A DNA stretch of 64,000 nucleotides from Steroidobacteraceae bacterium (GCA_035603345.1 DATNKO010000057.1:7-64006); one strand, 5' to 3'; positions 9,847-22,520 are shown, counted from the stretch's first letter. Numbers and translations are program-made. The notes: generated by a model from the sequence alone, not told the origin.

Positions 9847-10905
9847 TCAGTCCGGCACTCCCAGACGCTGGTGCATCACCGGGCTGGTGGTCGTGTATTG
9901 CAGGAACTGCTTCTTCTGCGGGAACAGGTGATGCTGGATCGCAAACGCCGCCAGCGCCGCCTCGTGAAACCCGGACAGGATGAGTTTCTTCTTGCCCGGG
10001 TAGGTGTTGATGTCGCCGACGGCGAACACGCCCGGCAGACTGGTCTGAAACTTCTCGGTATCGACCGTGAGGGCTTTCTTCTCCAGCGCCAGGCCCCACT
10101 CGGCGATCGGCCCGAGCTTCGGATGCAGGCCGAAGAACACCAGCAGCTGATCGGCGGGAAGCTCCTGCACGCCGCCGTCGGGGCTGCGGATGCCGACCCC
10201 GCGCAGTACGCCGTCGGCGTGATGCAGCGCGTGCGGCAGCGCCTCGAAGCATTGCATGCGCCCGGCCGCAACCTGCTCCTGCATGCGGGCGACCGATGCG
10301 GGCGCGGCGCGGAACTCGCGCCGGCGGTGCACCAGGGTGAGGCTCGCGGCCTTCGGCAGCAGCTCCAGCGTCCAGTCGAGCGCGGAATCGCCGCCGCCGA
10401 AGATCACCAGGCGCTTGCCGGCGAGCTGCGCGGCGCTCTTCACCCGGTACTGGATGGCGCCGCCCTCGAACGCCTCCGCGCCGTCGAGGCCGATGCGGCG
10501 CGGCTGGAAAGACCCGACGCCGGCGGCGATCACCACCGCGCCGGCGTCGAAGGTGGTGCCGGCCGCGGTGCGCACGTGAAAGCGCCCGTGTTCGCGCGCG
10601 GCGAACTCGAGCACCTCCTGACCGAGATGAAACTGCGGCTTGAAGGGCTTGATCTGCTGCAGCAGCCGGTCGACCAGCTCCTGTGCCCCGCACACCGGCA
10701 GCGCCGGGATGTCGTAGATCGGCTTGTCGGGATAGAGCTCGGCGCACTGCCCGCCCGGGTGCACGAGCGAATCCACCACGTGTGCGCCGATCCCGAGCAA
10801 GCCGAGCTCGAATACCTGGAACAGCCCACACGGGCCGGCACCAATGACCAGGACCTCGGTACTGATCGCCCCCCCGCTGGCGGCGCTGGCTGGAATCTGG
10901 CTCAA
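9847..10905 (-). CDS. fpr: ferredoxin-NADP+ reductase, thioredoxin-reductase-like type
   Basis: Has the VLVIGAGPCGLFQVFELGLLG dinucleotide fold and GGQCAELYPDKPIYDIP. The ORF 9847..11172 is over-extended; TTG at 10905 gives ~352 aa. Start is uncertain. Confidence 0.8.
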   Translation of the reverse strand: MSQIPASAASGGAISTEVLVIGAGPCGLFQVFELGLLGIGAHVVDSLVHPGGQCAELYPDKPIYDIPALPVCGAQELVDRLLQQIKPFKPQFHLGQEVLEFAAREHGRFHVRTAAGTTFDAGAVVIAAGVGSFQPRRIGLDGAEAFEGGAIQYRVKSAAQLAGKRLVIFGGGDSALDWTLELLPKAASLTLVHRRREFRAAPASVARMQEQVAAGRMQCFEALPHALHHADGVLRGVGIRSPDGGVQELPADQLLVFFGLHPKLGPIAEWGLALEKKALTVDTEKFQTSLPGVFAVGDINTYPGKKKLILSGFHEAALAAFAIQHHLFPQKKQFLQYTTTSPVMHQRLGVPD

Positions 10906-11110
10906 GTTGCTGGCTTTCGACGCGTGTCCACGGCTAATTGTAGAGGGTCCGGCAGCGCATCGCATGCGCCGCCGCGGACATAACCGCCCGAGGTGCGCGC
11001 GGCTCGCCGGCCGCCGTATAGTACGTGGCCGGCGGGCCGCACGCCCCCCGCAATGCCGATCCGCGCAGCGCGCCGACTCGGCCAGGACCCGACCGACAGC
11101 AGGAGCCGCC

Positions 11111-12418
11111 TTGACATCCAACGCCGAACTCCACGCCCGCCGCCAACAGGCCGTCCCGCGCGGCGTCAGCAACTCGCTCGCCGTGTACGCCGAGCGTGCA
11201 TCGAACGCCGAGATCTGGGACGTCGAGGGCCGGCGTTACATCGACTTCGCGAGCGGTATCTCGGTGCTCAACACCGGTCACGTGCATGCGCGGGTCAAGC
11301 AGGCCATCGAGCGGCAGCTGGCGAAATTCACCCATACCTGCTTCCAGGTCACGCCCTACGAGAGCTACATCGCGCTGGCGGAGGCGCTCAACGCTCTGGC
11401 TCCGGGTCCGGCTCCGAAGAAGACCATCTTTCTGACCACCGGCGCCGAGGCAATCGAGAACGCGATCAAGATCGCGCGCTTCCACACGCGCCGTTCCGCC
11501 GTGATCGCCTTCGCGGGGGGCTTCCACGGACGCACGCTCGCGTGCATCAGCCTCACCGGCAAGGTGCAGCCGTACAAGGCCGGCTTCGGGCCGATGCTAC
11601 CGGAGGTGTACCACGTGCCCTTCCCGATGGCCTACCACGGCGTGACGGTCGAGGATTCACTGCGCGCGCTCGAGCAGCTGTTCAAGGCCGACGTCGACCC
11701 GGCGCGGGTGGCGGCCATCATCATCGAGCCGGTGCTCGGCGAAGGCGGATTCTATGCGGCGCCGCCCGAGCTGCTGCGGCGCCTGCGCACGCTGTGTGAT
11801 TCCCATGGCATCGTCTTGATCGCCGACGAGATCCAGTCCGGCTTCGGCCGCACCGGGCGCATGTTTGCGATCGAGCACGCGGGCGTCGTGCCGGATCTCA
11901 TCACCATCGCCAAGAGCGTCGCGGGCGGCGTGCCGCTTTCGGCGGTGACCGGTAAGGCCGAGATCATGGACGCGCCGGGGCCGGGCGGCCTCGGCGGGAC
12001 CTTCGCGGGCTCGCCGCTCGCATGCGCCGCGGGACTGGCGGTGCTCGAGGTGATGCGTGACGAGAACCTGCTGTCACGGGCGCAGGACATCGGACGCTTC
12101 ATGAGCTCGCGCCTCAAGGGCCTGCAGGTGCGCTTCCCGTGCGTCGGCGACGTGCGCGCGCTCGGCGCGATGGTCGCGGTCGAGCTGGTGAAGAACTCGC
12201 GCGCCGACTCGCCCGATGTGGAGCTCACCCGGGCGCTGGTACAGGCCGCCGGCCGACTCGGCCTGGTGGTGCTGTCGTGCGGTGTATATTCCAACGTGAT
12301 CCGCTTCCTCGCCCCGCTCACCATCCCGGATGCGCTGCTGAAGGAAGGCTTCAGCCTGTTCGAGCAGGCGCTCGAGGAAGTGGTGGGCACTCAGCTGAAG
12401 ACCAGAGCCGCGGTCTGA
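11111..12418 (+). CDS. class-III aminotransferase (4-aminobutyrate aminotransferase-like)
   Basis: AGGAG sits 5 nt before TTG 11111. The translation has AIWDVEGRRYIDFASGISVLNTGH, IADEIQSGFGRTG and TIAKS (PLP lysine). Confidence 0.85.
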   Translation: MTSNAELHARRQQAVPRGVSNSLAVYAERASNAEIWDVEGRRYIDFASGISVLNTGHVHARVKQAIERQLAKFTHTCFQVTPYESYIALAEALNALAPGPAPKKTIFLTTGAEAIENAIKIARFHTRRSAVIAFAGGFHGRTLACISLTGKVQPYKAGFGPMLPEVYHVPFPMAYHGVTVEDSLRALEQLFKADVDPARVAAIIIEPVLGEGGFYAAPPELLRRLRTLCDSHGIVLIADEIQSGFGRTGRMFAIEHAGVVPDLITIAKSVAGGVPLSAVTGKAEIMDAPGPGGLGGTFAGSPLACAAGLAVLEVMRDENLLSRAQDIGRFMSSRLKGLQVRFPCVGDVRALGAMVAVELVKNSRADSPDVELTRALVQAAGRLGLVVLSCGVYSNVIRFLAPLTIPDALLKEGFSLFEQALEEVVGTQLKTRAAV

Positions 12419-12484
12419 AGCGCGCGCAGCGCGCACTGCACGCGGCCGCTGCGCGCCGCGTTTCGCTGCGACCCGAGCTTCGGT

Positions 12485-12784
12485 TCAGGCGCGCCCGGCG
12501 TTGGCGTCGGTCGGCGTGTGAAAGTACTCGCTCTCGGAAGCGAGCTGCCCGATGAGGCGGTTGAGCTCCGCCATGCGGCCCTGCGCGGTGCTGATCGGCA
12601 TGCAGTCCTGACAGCGTGGATCGCCACACGGCTGGCGCGAGTACAGCCAGTACTGGATCGCGCCGGCGAGCAGCCCGTCGGCGATGTCCCAGAGATCCGC
12701 GTCCTTGTCCTTGTCGGCGATCTTGTTCCCCAGGTCGACGGCCTTGGAGAAGGCAGAATCGAACGTGTCAGCTAGCTCACTCAT
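12485..12784 (-). CDS. small conserved protein (DUF3144-like)
   Basis: 99 aa from ATG 12784 (MSELADTF...), with a Cys cluster CGDPRCQDC. The family assignment is from memory only. Confidence 0.55.
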   Translation of the reverse strand: MSELADTFDSAFSKAVDLGNKIADKDKDADLWDIADGLLAGAIQYWLYSRQPCGDPRCQDCMPISTAQGRMAELNRLIGQLASESEYFHTPTDANAGRA

Positions 12785-13023
12785 GTCCGGCCAGGCCCCT
12801 TCATCCCGAGCACTAGTATAGCAACAGCGCCGGCACCGGCCGCGCGGCAGCCGGCCCGCCGCCCGCTGCCGTCCGGCGATGCCCGGCGTGCTGCGAGTCA
12901 CGTCCGCGCATGCGCTTACTGCGATGCCCGCCACGGCAGGGCCACAGCTCCCACGTGCATGATGTGCGGCGAGTCACGAAAGATCGCACAAGCCTCCACC
13001 GGCCGATCAACGGCTTATGTCGC

Positions 13024-15639
13024 ATGCCGCAACCACGCACTGAAGCTGCAGCCGACGCGCCGCCGGCGATGGCCGCCCGCGAGCGCCGCTGGCGCTGGCG
13101 GCCGCACGCGCCGCGGATCGGCATCGGCTGGCGCCTCGGCCTGGGACTGACCGCGGTGGCGGTGGTGCTCACCCTGGGCGAGACGCTCGCCACGCGCACC
13201 GCGCGCCAGGCGGTGACCGCGGTGCGCAGCATGCAGCAGGAGCACGAGCCGCTCGCCGACCGCGCCAGCGCCGTACTCGAGCAGCTCGTGAACTACGACC
13301 GCGCCGTCAGCGAGTACGTGCAGGCGGCGCGCGAGCCGGCCCGCGGCGATGTGCTCACCGTCGCCGGCGACGAGCTGCAGTCCGCGATCGCGGCCTATTA
13401 CGACGGCCGGCCCGCGCCGCAGCTCAGCGACGCCGCCGCTGCGCTGCGCGCGCAGTTGCTGGCGCACGCCGCCAATGCGCGCCTGCTGGCCGAGCGGGCG
13501 GCACAGCGCGAGCAGTGGGTCGACGAGCGACACGTGGCTCTGGAGAACATCTATCAGCGCATCGTCACCGCCGGCGGCACGGGACTCGCGATCAACGGCA
13601 CGCAGGTGCTGGCGCGCCGCTCGCTCGCCGAGCTGCAGACGGCCATCGATGCCATCCGCGGCAACCTCGGGTTCGCCCCCGACATCGCCCGGCGCGAGCA
13701 GAACTTCCTCAGGGTGCTGAACGCCGAGGCGCCCGAGCTCGAGAGCTCGCCGGGCAAGGCGTGGCTCGCCGTGGTGCGCCAGGATTTCGAGCGCGCCACG
13801 CGCCTGCGCATTGCGATCGTGCGCTACGACGAGAGCAGCGCGGTGCAGTGGCACAGCCTGCTGGAAGAGAGCGCCGGCCTCACCGCCGGCGTGCACGAGC
13901 TGCTGGAGAAGCCGGCGCGCAGCGGGCTGCTACGGGCGGCCGCGCACGCCGCGAGCGCCGCCGAGATTGCCGAGCACACCCTCACCGACACCGGCGCCGA
14001 GGTGCTCGGACTGCTGCTGCTGGTGTCGGTGCTGCTGCTGACGAGCATCAGCGCACCGGTACGGCGGCTCACGGTCGCGACGCGCCTGCTGGCTGCCGGC
14101 GACCGCAGCGTGCGCGCCCCGCGGGGCGGCTCGGCCGAGATCGACGAGCTGGCCGAGTCCTTCAACACCATGGCCGTGGCGCTCGCACACGCGGAGGCCG
14201 AGCTGCGCGCCCATCAGACCGAGCTCGAGCAGCGCGTCGCCGAGCGCACGCGCCAGCTGCACCACCTGGCGCATCACGATCCGCTGACGCTGCTGCCCAA
14301 CCGGCGGCAGATGTCGGCGCGTCTGACGGCGGCACTCGCGGGCACCGGCGCCGCCCAGCAGCTGGCGCTGCTGTTCGTCGACGTCGACAACTTCAAGTCC
14401 ATCAACGATACGCTCGGGCACAGTTTCGGCGACCGGGTGCTGCAGCACGTGGCCCGGCGCCTGCACACTGCCACCGGCGGCAGCGCCTTCCTCGCGCGCC
14501 TCGGCGGGGATGAGTTCACGGTGCTGCTCGAGGGAGTCAAGTCCTTCAAGGAAGTGGCGCGCTGCGCCGGGCGCATTGTCACCACGCTGCAGCAGCCGCT
14601 GACCGTCGACGGCCGCCAGCTCACCACCAGCGCGAGCGTCGGCGCGAGCCTCTATCCGGCGCATGCCGCCGATGCCGAGGGGCTGCTGCGCGCCGCGGAC
14701 GTGGCGCTGTTCCGTGCCAAGGAGCTCGGCCGCAACCGCTTCGCGTTCTACAGCCCGGGGCTCTACGACGCCGCCGCGCAGCGCTTTCGCCTCGAGCAGT
14801 CGCTGCGGCGCGCCGTCGAGAGCGGTGATCTGCTGCTGATGTTCCAGCCGCAGATCGCGCTGCATACCTTCGAGACGCTCGGCCTCGAAGCGCTGCTGCG
14901 CTGGCGCAAGCCCGACGGCCGGATCGCCCCGGCGGCCGAGTTCATCCACGTCGCGGAGAAGTCCGGCCTGATCCACGATCTCACCGGCTGGGTGCTGCGC
15001 TCGGCCGCGTCCACCGCCGCGGAATGGCGCAGCCAGGGCTGGCAGCAGGCTTGTGTCGGCATCAACGTCTCACCGTCGCAGTTCCTGGAGAGCGACTTCG
15101 TCGAGCAGGTCGCGCGCACGCTCGAGGCCGCCGGGCTGCCGCCGAGCGCGCTCGAGCTGGAGATCACCGAGACGGTGCTGCAGACCGGCAGCGCCACGGT
15201 CGACTCGCTGCGGCGGCTACGCACCCTCGGCGTGGCGATCGCGCTCGATGACTTCGGCATCGGCTACTCGTCCCTCACCTCGCTCGAGCAGCTGCCGATC
15301 ACGCGGGTCAAGCTCGATCGCATGCTGATCGCCGGCGTCGACACCAACCCGCGCTCGGCCGCGATCGTGCGCTCGGTGGTCGCGCTGTGCTACGGGCTGG
15401 GGCTGCAGGTCACGGCCGAGGGGATCGAGCGCACCGCGCAGCTGGAGTTCCTGTCGCACTGCGGGCCGATCGGCGTGCAGGGCTATCTGCTCGCGCACCC
15501 GGTGGAGGCACACGTCGCGCGCGCCGCAGCCGAGGCCGCGGGCGAACGGGCCCGCCGCGCACTCGAGGCCGCTGGCGCCGGGCCGCTGCGCGAGGGCGAG
15601 CCGCTGGTGTTTGCGGCCAGCACCGGGCGGCGCCGCTAA
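13024..15639 (+). CDS. membrane-anchored HAMP-GGDEF-EAL c-di-GMP turnover protein
   Basis: Has TM segments, a HAMP-like AEIDELAESFNTMA, an intact GGDEF (RLGGDEFTVLL) and an intact EAL (LEALLRW ... DDFGIGYSSL). Confidence 0.9.
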   Translation: MPQPRTEAAADAPPAMAARERRWRWRPHAPRIGIGWRLGLGLTAVAVVLTLGETLATRTARQAVTAVRSMQQEHEPLADRASAVLEQLVNYDRAVSEYVQAAREPARGDVLTVAGDELQSAIAAYYDGRPAPQLSDAAAALRAQLLAHAANARLLAERAAQREQWVDERHVALENIYQRIVTAGGTGLAINGTQVLARRSLAELQTAIDAIRGNLGFAPDIARREQNFLRVLNAEAPELESSPGKAWLAVVRQDFERATRLRIAIVRYDESSAVQWHSLLEESAGLTAGVHELLEKPARSGLLRAAAHAASAAEIAEHTLTDTGAEVLGLLLLVSVLLLTSISAPVRRLTVATRLLAAGDRSVRAPRGGSAEIDELAESFNTMAVALAHAEAELRAHQTELEQRVAERTRQLHHLAHHDPLTLLPNRRQMSARLTAALAGTGAAQQLALLFVDVDNFKSINDTLGHSFGDRVLQHVARRLHTATGGSAFLARLGGDEFTVLLEGVKSFKEVARCAGRIVTTLQQPLTVDGRQLTTSASVGASLYPAHAADAEGLLRAADVALFRAKELGRNRFAFYSPGLYDAAAQRFRLEQSLRRAVESGDLLLMFQPQIALHTFETLGLEALLRWRKPDGRIAPAAEFIHVAEKSGLIHDLTGWVLRSAASTAAEWRSQGWQQACVGINVSPSQFLESDFVEQVARTLEAAGLPPSALELEITETVLQTGSATVDSLRRLRTLGVAIALDDFGIGYSSLTSLEQLPITRVKLDRMLIAGVDTNPRSAAIVRSVVALCYGLGLQVTAEGIERTAQLEFLSHCGPIGVQGYLLAHPVEAHVARAAAEAAGERARRALEAAGAGPLREGEPLVFAASTGRRR

Positions 15640-15646
15640 TCCATTG

Positions 15647-15671
15647 GAAAAATCGCCTGCGGCGATTTTTC
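15647..15671. terminator. bidirectional intrinsic terminator hairpin between convergent genes
   Basis: GAAAAATCGCC-TGC-GGCGATTTTTC forms a perfect 11-bp stem. The A/T runs are part of the stem arms, so U-rich tails are available on either strand. Confidence 0.6.
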
Positions 15672-15675
15672 GACC

Positions 15676-16734
15676 CTAGCGGTCCGTTTGGCGCGCCAGG
15701 AACGCCGCGCGCGCCCGCACTCCGAGATCCGCCTGATCGGTAAAGAAGCCGTCGATGCCGGCTTCGAGGTACGCCGCGAGCTCGCGCCCGAGATCGCCGG
15801 TCGCCGCAGCCACCGGGCCACTGCGCATACCGGCAGGCAGGAAGGCGTTCTCGGCGCGGAAGGTCCAGGGATGCACCTTGAGGCCCGCTGCATGCGCCTG
15901 CGCCACCAGCGCCGACGGCTCGCCGAGCGTCTCATCCGCGCGGCGCGCTATGACCAGCGACTTGTTGGGTCCGATGGCCTGCGCGTAGCTGGCGATGGCG
16001 GCGAGGCCGGCTGGCGTCAGCATGTCGGCGTACCCTTGCGACACACCTGCCGCCGCCCAGTCGAACGGCCGGCCGGCCGCCTCGATCAGCTGCACCAGCG
16101 GCAGCTCGGTCATGCGGCTCAACGCCTTGAGGTTGCCGACCTCGAAGGACTGCAGCCACACCGGCGCCGTGCGCCCGGCATAGCCGTGGCGCTCGAGCAC
16201 TTCGAGCAGCGGCGCCTCCATCGCGAGCCCCAGGGAGGCGAAGTAGCTCGGGTGCTTGGTCTCGGGGTAGATGCCGATCGGCGCGGGCGCCGCCGCACGC
16301 AACTGCGCGGCGCGCGCCGCGCGCTGCAGGCCGGCGCCGCGCACCAGCGCCAGGATCTCCTCCAGTGTTGGAATCTCGAACTGCCCGTCGAAGCGTGCGT
16401 TGGCGGGCCGGATGTCGGCGATGCGCTCGCGCGCGCGCAGCGTCTTCAACTCCGCCAGCGTGAAGTCCTCGGTGAACCAGCCGCTGACGGTGCTGCCGTC
16501 GATCAGTCTGGTGGTGCGGCGCGCGGCGAACTCGGGATGCGCGGCCACGTCCGTGGTGCCGCCGATTTCGTTCTCGTGCCGCGCCACCAGTACCGCATCG
16601 CGCGTCATCACCAGGTCCGGCTCGACGTAGTCGGCGCCATACTGGATCGCCAGGAAGTACGACGCGAGCGTGTGCTCGGGCACGTAACCGCAGGCGCCGC
16701 GATGCCCGATGACGATCGGAACGGCCTCGCTCAT
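15676..16734 (-). CDS. glycerophosphodiester phosphodiesterase
   Basis: From ATG 16734: MSEAVPIVIGHRGACGYVPEHTLASY...EPDLVMTRD...HENEIGGTTDV (GDPD family). The rest of the 1001-aa ORF is antisense to glgB. Confidence 0.85.
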   Translation of the reverse strand: MSEAVPIVIGHRGACGYVPEHTLASYFLAIQYGADYVEPDLVMTRDAVLVARHENEIGGTTDVAAHPEFAARRTTRLIDGSTVSGWFTEDFTLAELKTLRARERIADIRPANARFDGQFEIPTLEEILALVRGAGLQRAARAAQLRAAAPAPIGIYPETKHPSYFASLGLAMEAPLLEVLERHGYAGRTAPVWLQSFEVGNLKALSRMTELPLVQLIEAAGRPFDWAAAGVSQGYADMLTPAGLAAIASYAQAIGPNKSLVIARRADETLGEPSALVAQAHAAGLKVHPWTFRAENAFLPAGMRSGPVAAATGDLGRELAAYLEAGIDGFFTDQADLGVRARAAFLARQTDR

Positions 16735-16782
16735 GGTGCGTGCATACCAGCACACCATCGGGCCACTTGCTAGACTTCGTGG

Positions 16783-18663
16783 GTGCTGCTGACGGAACAG
16801 GATATCTATCACTTCCGCGAGGGCACCTACTTCCGGGCCTACGAGCGGCTCGGTGCCCATGCGGATCCGGCCGGCGGCGTGACGCATTTCGCGGTGTGGG
16901 CGCCGAATGCCGAGGCCGTGTCGGTGCTCGGCGATTTCAACGGCTGGAACCGCGGCGCCCATGCTCTCGAGCCGCGCTGGGACTCCTCCGGCATCTGGCA
17001 GGGCAGCATTTCCGGGGTGGGTCGCGGCGCGCTCTACAAGTACGCCATCACTGCGCGCCACGGCGAGATGCTCGAGAAGTGCGACCCATACGGCTTCTGC
17101 ACGGAGGTGCCGCCGCGCACGGCGTCGGTGGTCTGGGACCTCGCCTACCAGTGGAACGATACCGCCTGGATGAGCCGGCGCGCGCCGGCGAATGCGCTCG
17201 GGGCACCGTGGTCGATCTACGAAGTGCACCTCGGCTCCTGGCGGCGCGTGCCCGGGGATCCGCATCGCCCGCTCGGCTACCGCGAGCTTGCCGCTGCGCT
17301 CGCCGACTACGTGACCGACCTGGGCTTCACCCACGTCGAGCTCATGCCGGTGATGGAGCACCCGTTCTACGGCTCCTGGGGCTACCAGGTGACCGGCTAC
17401 TTCGCCCCGAGCGCGCGCTACGGCACGCCCCAGGACTTCATGTATTTCGTCGACCACCTGCACCAGCGCGGCATCGGCGTGATTCTCGACTGGGTACCGT
17501 CGCACTTTCCGACCGACGCTCACGGCCTGGCGCGCTTCGACGGCACACACCTGTACGAGCACGCCGACCCGCGCCAGGGCTTCCACCCCGAATGGAGCAG
17601 CTCGATTTTCAACTACGGCCGTGCCGAGGTGCGCGACTTCCTCGCCAGCAACGCGCTCTTCTGGCTCGAGAAGTACCACGCGGATGCGCTGCGCGTGGAT
17701 GCCGTCGCCTCGATGCTCTACCTCGACTACGGCCGGCGCGCCGGCGAGTGGATTGCCAACCGCTTCGGCGGACACGAGAACCTCGAGGCGGTGGAGTTCC
17801 TGAGGCAGCTGAATCTCGCGGTCTATCGCGATCACCCCGACACCCAGACGATCGCTGAGGAATCGACCGCCTGGCCGATGGTGTCGCGCCCGACCTATCT
17901 CGGGGGACTCGGGTTCGGCCTCAAGTGGAACATGGGCTGGATGCATGACACGCTCGAGTACTTCCAGCGGGATCCGCTGCACCGCAAGTACCACCACAGC
18001 CGCCTCACCTTCAGCCTCTGGTACGCCTTCACCGAGAACTTCGTGCTGCCGCTCTCGCACGACGAGGTGGTGCACGGCAAGGGGGCGCTGATCGGCAAGA
18101 TGCCCGGCGACGAGTGGCAGCAGTTCGCAAGCCTGCGGCTGCTGTTCGGCTACATGTGGACGCACCCGGGAAAGAAGCTGCTGTTCATGGGCGGGGAGTT
18201 CGGCCAGCGCCGCGAGTGGCAGCACGACGAGAGCCTCGAGTGGCACGTGCTCGAGTACCCCCTGCACGCCGGCGTGCAGCGCTGGGTGCGCGACCTCAAC
18301 CGCTTCTACCGCGCGAGCGCTGCGCTGTACGAGCTCGACTTCAGCGACGCCGGCTTTCAGTGGATCGACCGCGACGACGCGGACGTGAGCGTGATCGCGT
18401 TCCTGCGCAAGGACCGCGCCGGAGCCGCGGCGCTGGTCGCCTGCAACTTCACGCCGGTGCCGCGCGAGGGCTACCAGGTCGGCGTGCCGCTCGGCGGGCG
18501 CTGGCACGAGCGGCTGAACAGCGACGCCCGGGACTATGGCGGCAGCGGGCTCGGCAACCTGGGGGCGATCGAGGCAACCGAGGTCGCCTCGCATGGCCAG
18601 CCGTACTCGCTGTTCCTGCACCTCCCGCCGCTGGCGGTCGTGGTGCTGACGCCGCAGGAGTGA
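16783..18663 (+). CDS. glgB: 1,4-alpha-glucan branching enzyme (short form)
   Basis: 626 aa with a GTG start. Has [21 protein letters not shown], the GH13 motifs DWVPSHF, GLRVDAV-like [12 protein letters not shown], and EESTAWP. Confidence 0.9.
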   Translation: MLLTEQDIYHFREGTYFRAYERLGAHADPAGGVTHFAVWAPNAEAVSVLGDFNGWNRGAHALEPRWDSSGIWQGSISGVGRGALYKYAITARHGEMLEKCDPYGFCTEVPPRTASVVWDLAYQWNDTAWMSRRAPANALGAPWSIYEVHLGSWRRVPGDPHRPLGYRELAAALADYVTDLGFTHVELMPVMEHPFYGSWGYQVTGYFAPSARYGTPQDFMYFVDHLHQRGIGVILDWVPSHFPTDAHGLARFDGTHLYEHADPRQGFHPEWSSSIFNYGRAEVRDFLASNALFWLEKYHADALRVDAVASMLYLDYGRRAGEWIANRFGGHENLEAVEFLRQLNLAVYRDHPDTQTIAEESTAWPMVSRPTYLGGLGFGLKWNMGWMHDTLEYFQRDPLHRKYHHSRLTFSLWYAFTENFVLPLSHDEVVHGKGALIGKMPGDEWQQFASLRLLFGYMWTHPGKKLLFMGGEFGQRREWQHDESLEWHVLEYPLHAGVQRWVRDLNRFYRASAALYELDFSDAGFQWIDRDDADVSVIAFLRKDRAGAAALVACNFTPVPREGYQVGVPLGGRWHERLNSDARDYGGSGLGNLGAIEATEVASHGQPYSLFLHLPPLAVVVLTPQE

Positions 18664-18718
18664 GCCGCAACCGCCAGTCAACGCAGCGGCGAATCAGGCG
18701 TTGTGCGAGGAGACACCA

Positions 18719-19294
18719 ATGGCAAAGCCGAACCCAACGAAGCTCACGGTGACATTGCGGCAGGCGCGCGGCGTTGCCGTGCTGCTCGCCGCGGTCGCCT
18801 CGCTGGTGGCTTGTGCGACCACGGCGCAGCGCAAAGCCGCAGACGTAACTCCCGCGCGCGCCCGTTACCTCGCGTACGCCGGGCCCCCGGTGAGCTCCTT
18901 CACGTGGCTCGGCAGCTATATGGGGTGGGAAGCGGTCAGTGACGACGAGCTGGTGCTGTTCCTGAGCCCCACCAGGGCCTACTACCTCAAGGTGTGGTCG
19001 CCGTGCGGGGACCGTGGCGGGCTGCGCTGGGTCTACCACATCGGGCTGACCAAAACGACCGGCACGGTGTACACGCGCTTCGATTCGGTGATCGCGGATC
19101 GCTGGCGCTGCCCGATCTCCGAGATCCGCCCGGTGGACTGGGGCCGGATGAAAGCCGACGCACGCGCGGCACGCAAGGCGTTGCCGGCGGCCGGGGCCGC
19201 GCCCCCGCCGGGTGGGAGTCCGCAGCCGGGCGGCAGTCCGCCACCGGACGAGACTGCGCAGCCGGGCGCCAGCCCGCCGCCCAACCCGCAGTAG
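18719..19294 (+). CDS. lipoprotein of unknown function with a Pro/Gly-rich tail
   Basis: GAGGAG sits 6 nt before ATG 18719. Has a lipobox LVAC and a C-terminal PPPGGSPQPGGSPPPDE...PPPNPQ tail. Confidence 0.6.
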   Translation: MAKPNPTKLTVTLRQARGVAVLLAAVASLVACATTAQRKAADVTPARARYLAYAGPPVSSFTWLGSYMGWEAVSDDELVLFLSPTRAYYLKVWSPCGDRGGLRWVYHIGLTKTTGTVYTRFDSVIADRWRCPISEIRPVDWGRMKADARAARKALPAAGAAPPPGGSPQPGGSPPPDETAQPGASPPPNPQ

Positions 19295-19322
19295 CGACGT
19301 CCCGCCCGCCGCGCCGGCGAAT

Positions 19323-21176
<1,854 letters not shown>

Positions 21177-22520
21177 CTAGGCGCGGGGCTCCGGGGGCAG
21201 CGTCACGCGGGTGATGAGGCGCGAGCCGCGGCGGAAGAACACGTAGCTGTAGATCCACGAGATCAGTACCACGACGCGGTTGCGGAAGCCGATCAGCACC
21301 ACCAGGTGCAGCGCCATCCACGCGAACCAGGCCGTGAGTCCCCCGAAGCGCAGCCGGCCGAGCTCGACCACGGCGCGCGACTTGCCGACGGTCGCCGCCG
21401 AGCCCTTATCGCGATACTGAAAGGGCGCCGCGCGCGCCGACCCCTCACCGCGCACCTCCGCATCGATCAGTCGTGCGACGTAGCGCCCCATCTGCAGCGC
21501 ACCCTGAGAGACGCCGGGCACGGCTTGACCGCTGGTCCCATCGAGGAGCCAGGCGGCATCGCCGATCACGAACGCCTCGGGGTGTCCCGGCACGGAGCAA
21601 TCGGGTGCCACCGCCACGCGGCCGCCGGGACGCAGGGGCACGCCCAGGGCGGCGGTCACCGGCGCGGCGCGCACGCCGGCCGCCCAGATGACGTTGTAAC
21701 CGCGCAGTCGTTCGCCGTTCACTTCCACCCCGTCGGCGAACACCTCGGTCACGCGCTCATTGAGCCGCACCTCGACCCCGAGACTGCGCAGCTGTGCGAG
21801 CGCCCGCGCCGAGGAGTCCGGGTGCAGCGCCGGCAGAAGCCGCGCGCCCGCCTCGATGAGCACCACGCGCGCATGGCGGGTGTCCGCCACGCGGTAGTCG
21901 CGCGGGATCACATCGACGGCCAGCTCTTTGATGGCGCCGGCCAGCTCGACCCCGGTTGGTCCCGCGCCGACGATGATGAAGGTGAGGTGTGCGGCGCGCT
22001 CGACCGGGTCGGGCTCGATCTCCGCGATCTCGAACGAGCGCAGCATGCGCGAGCGGATGAAGGTGGCCTCCTCGATCTCCTTCATGCCCGGCGCGTGCTG
22101 CCGCCACTCGTCGTGCCCGAAGTAGTTATCGATCGCGCCGGGCGCGAGGATCAGGTAATCGTAGGCAATCCGTTCCTCGCCGGCGTACAGGCAGCGCGCG
22201 GCGAGCTCGATGCGCCGCACCTCGGCGAGCATCACTCGCGCGTTCTGCTGGTGGCGCAGGATGGTGCGGATCGGCTGGGCGATGTCGGCGGGCGCCAGTG
22301 CCGCCGAGGCCACCTGGTAGAGCAGCGGCTGAAACAGGTGATAGTTGTTGCGGTCGATGACCAGCACCTCGACCGGCGAGCGCGCCAGCGCGCGTACGGC
22401 GAACAACCCGCCGAAACCGCACCCGACGATCACGACTCGCTTGATTTGGGCCGGCAACACGCCCTCCGCAACTGCACGGGTCACGGGACCCGATCTGGGG
22501 GCGATTATCGGCTGAAGCAA
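21177..22520 (-). CDS. ndh: type II NADH dehydrogenase (NDH-2)
   Basis: Has VVIVGCGFGGLFAV and IIVGAGPTGVELAG dinucleotide folds and a C-terminal membrane-anchor helix. Confidence 0.85.
   Translation of the reverse strand: MLQPIIAPRSGPVTRAVAEGVLPAQIKRVVIVGCGFGGLFAVRALARSPVEVLVIDRNNYHLFQPLLYQVASAALAPADIAQPIRTILRHQQNARVMLAEVRRIELAARCLYAGEERIAYDYLILAPGAIDNYFGHDEWRQHAPGMKEIEEATFIRSRMLRSFEIAEIEPDPVERAAHLTFIIVGAGPTGVELAGAIKELAVDVIPRDYRVADTRHARVVLIEAGARLLPALHPDSSARALAQLRSLGVEVRLNERVTEVFADGVEVNGERLRGYNVIWAAGVRAAPVTAALGVPLRPGGRVAVAPDCSVPGHPEAFVIGDAAWLLDGTSGQAVPGVSQGALQMGRYVARLIDAEVRGEGSARAAPFQYRDKGSAATVGKSRAVVELGRLRFGGLTAWFAWMALHLVVLIGFRNRVVVLISWIYSYVFFRRGSRLITRVTLPPEPRA

Noticed and set aside
12460-12471. 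12-nt repeat GTTTCGCTGCGA shared with 57549-57560
   Set aside because: Hundreds of chance 12-mer pairs are expected in 64 kb on both strands, and there is no flanking similarity.
16735-18681. N-terminal 650 aa of the 1001-aa minus-strand ORF
   Set aside because: It is antisense to glgB and low-complexity. Only the C-terminal 352 aa, from ATG 16734, read as a GDPD enzyme.
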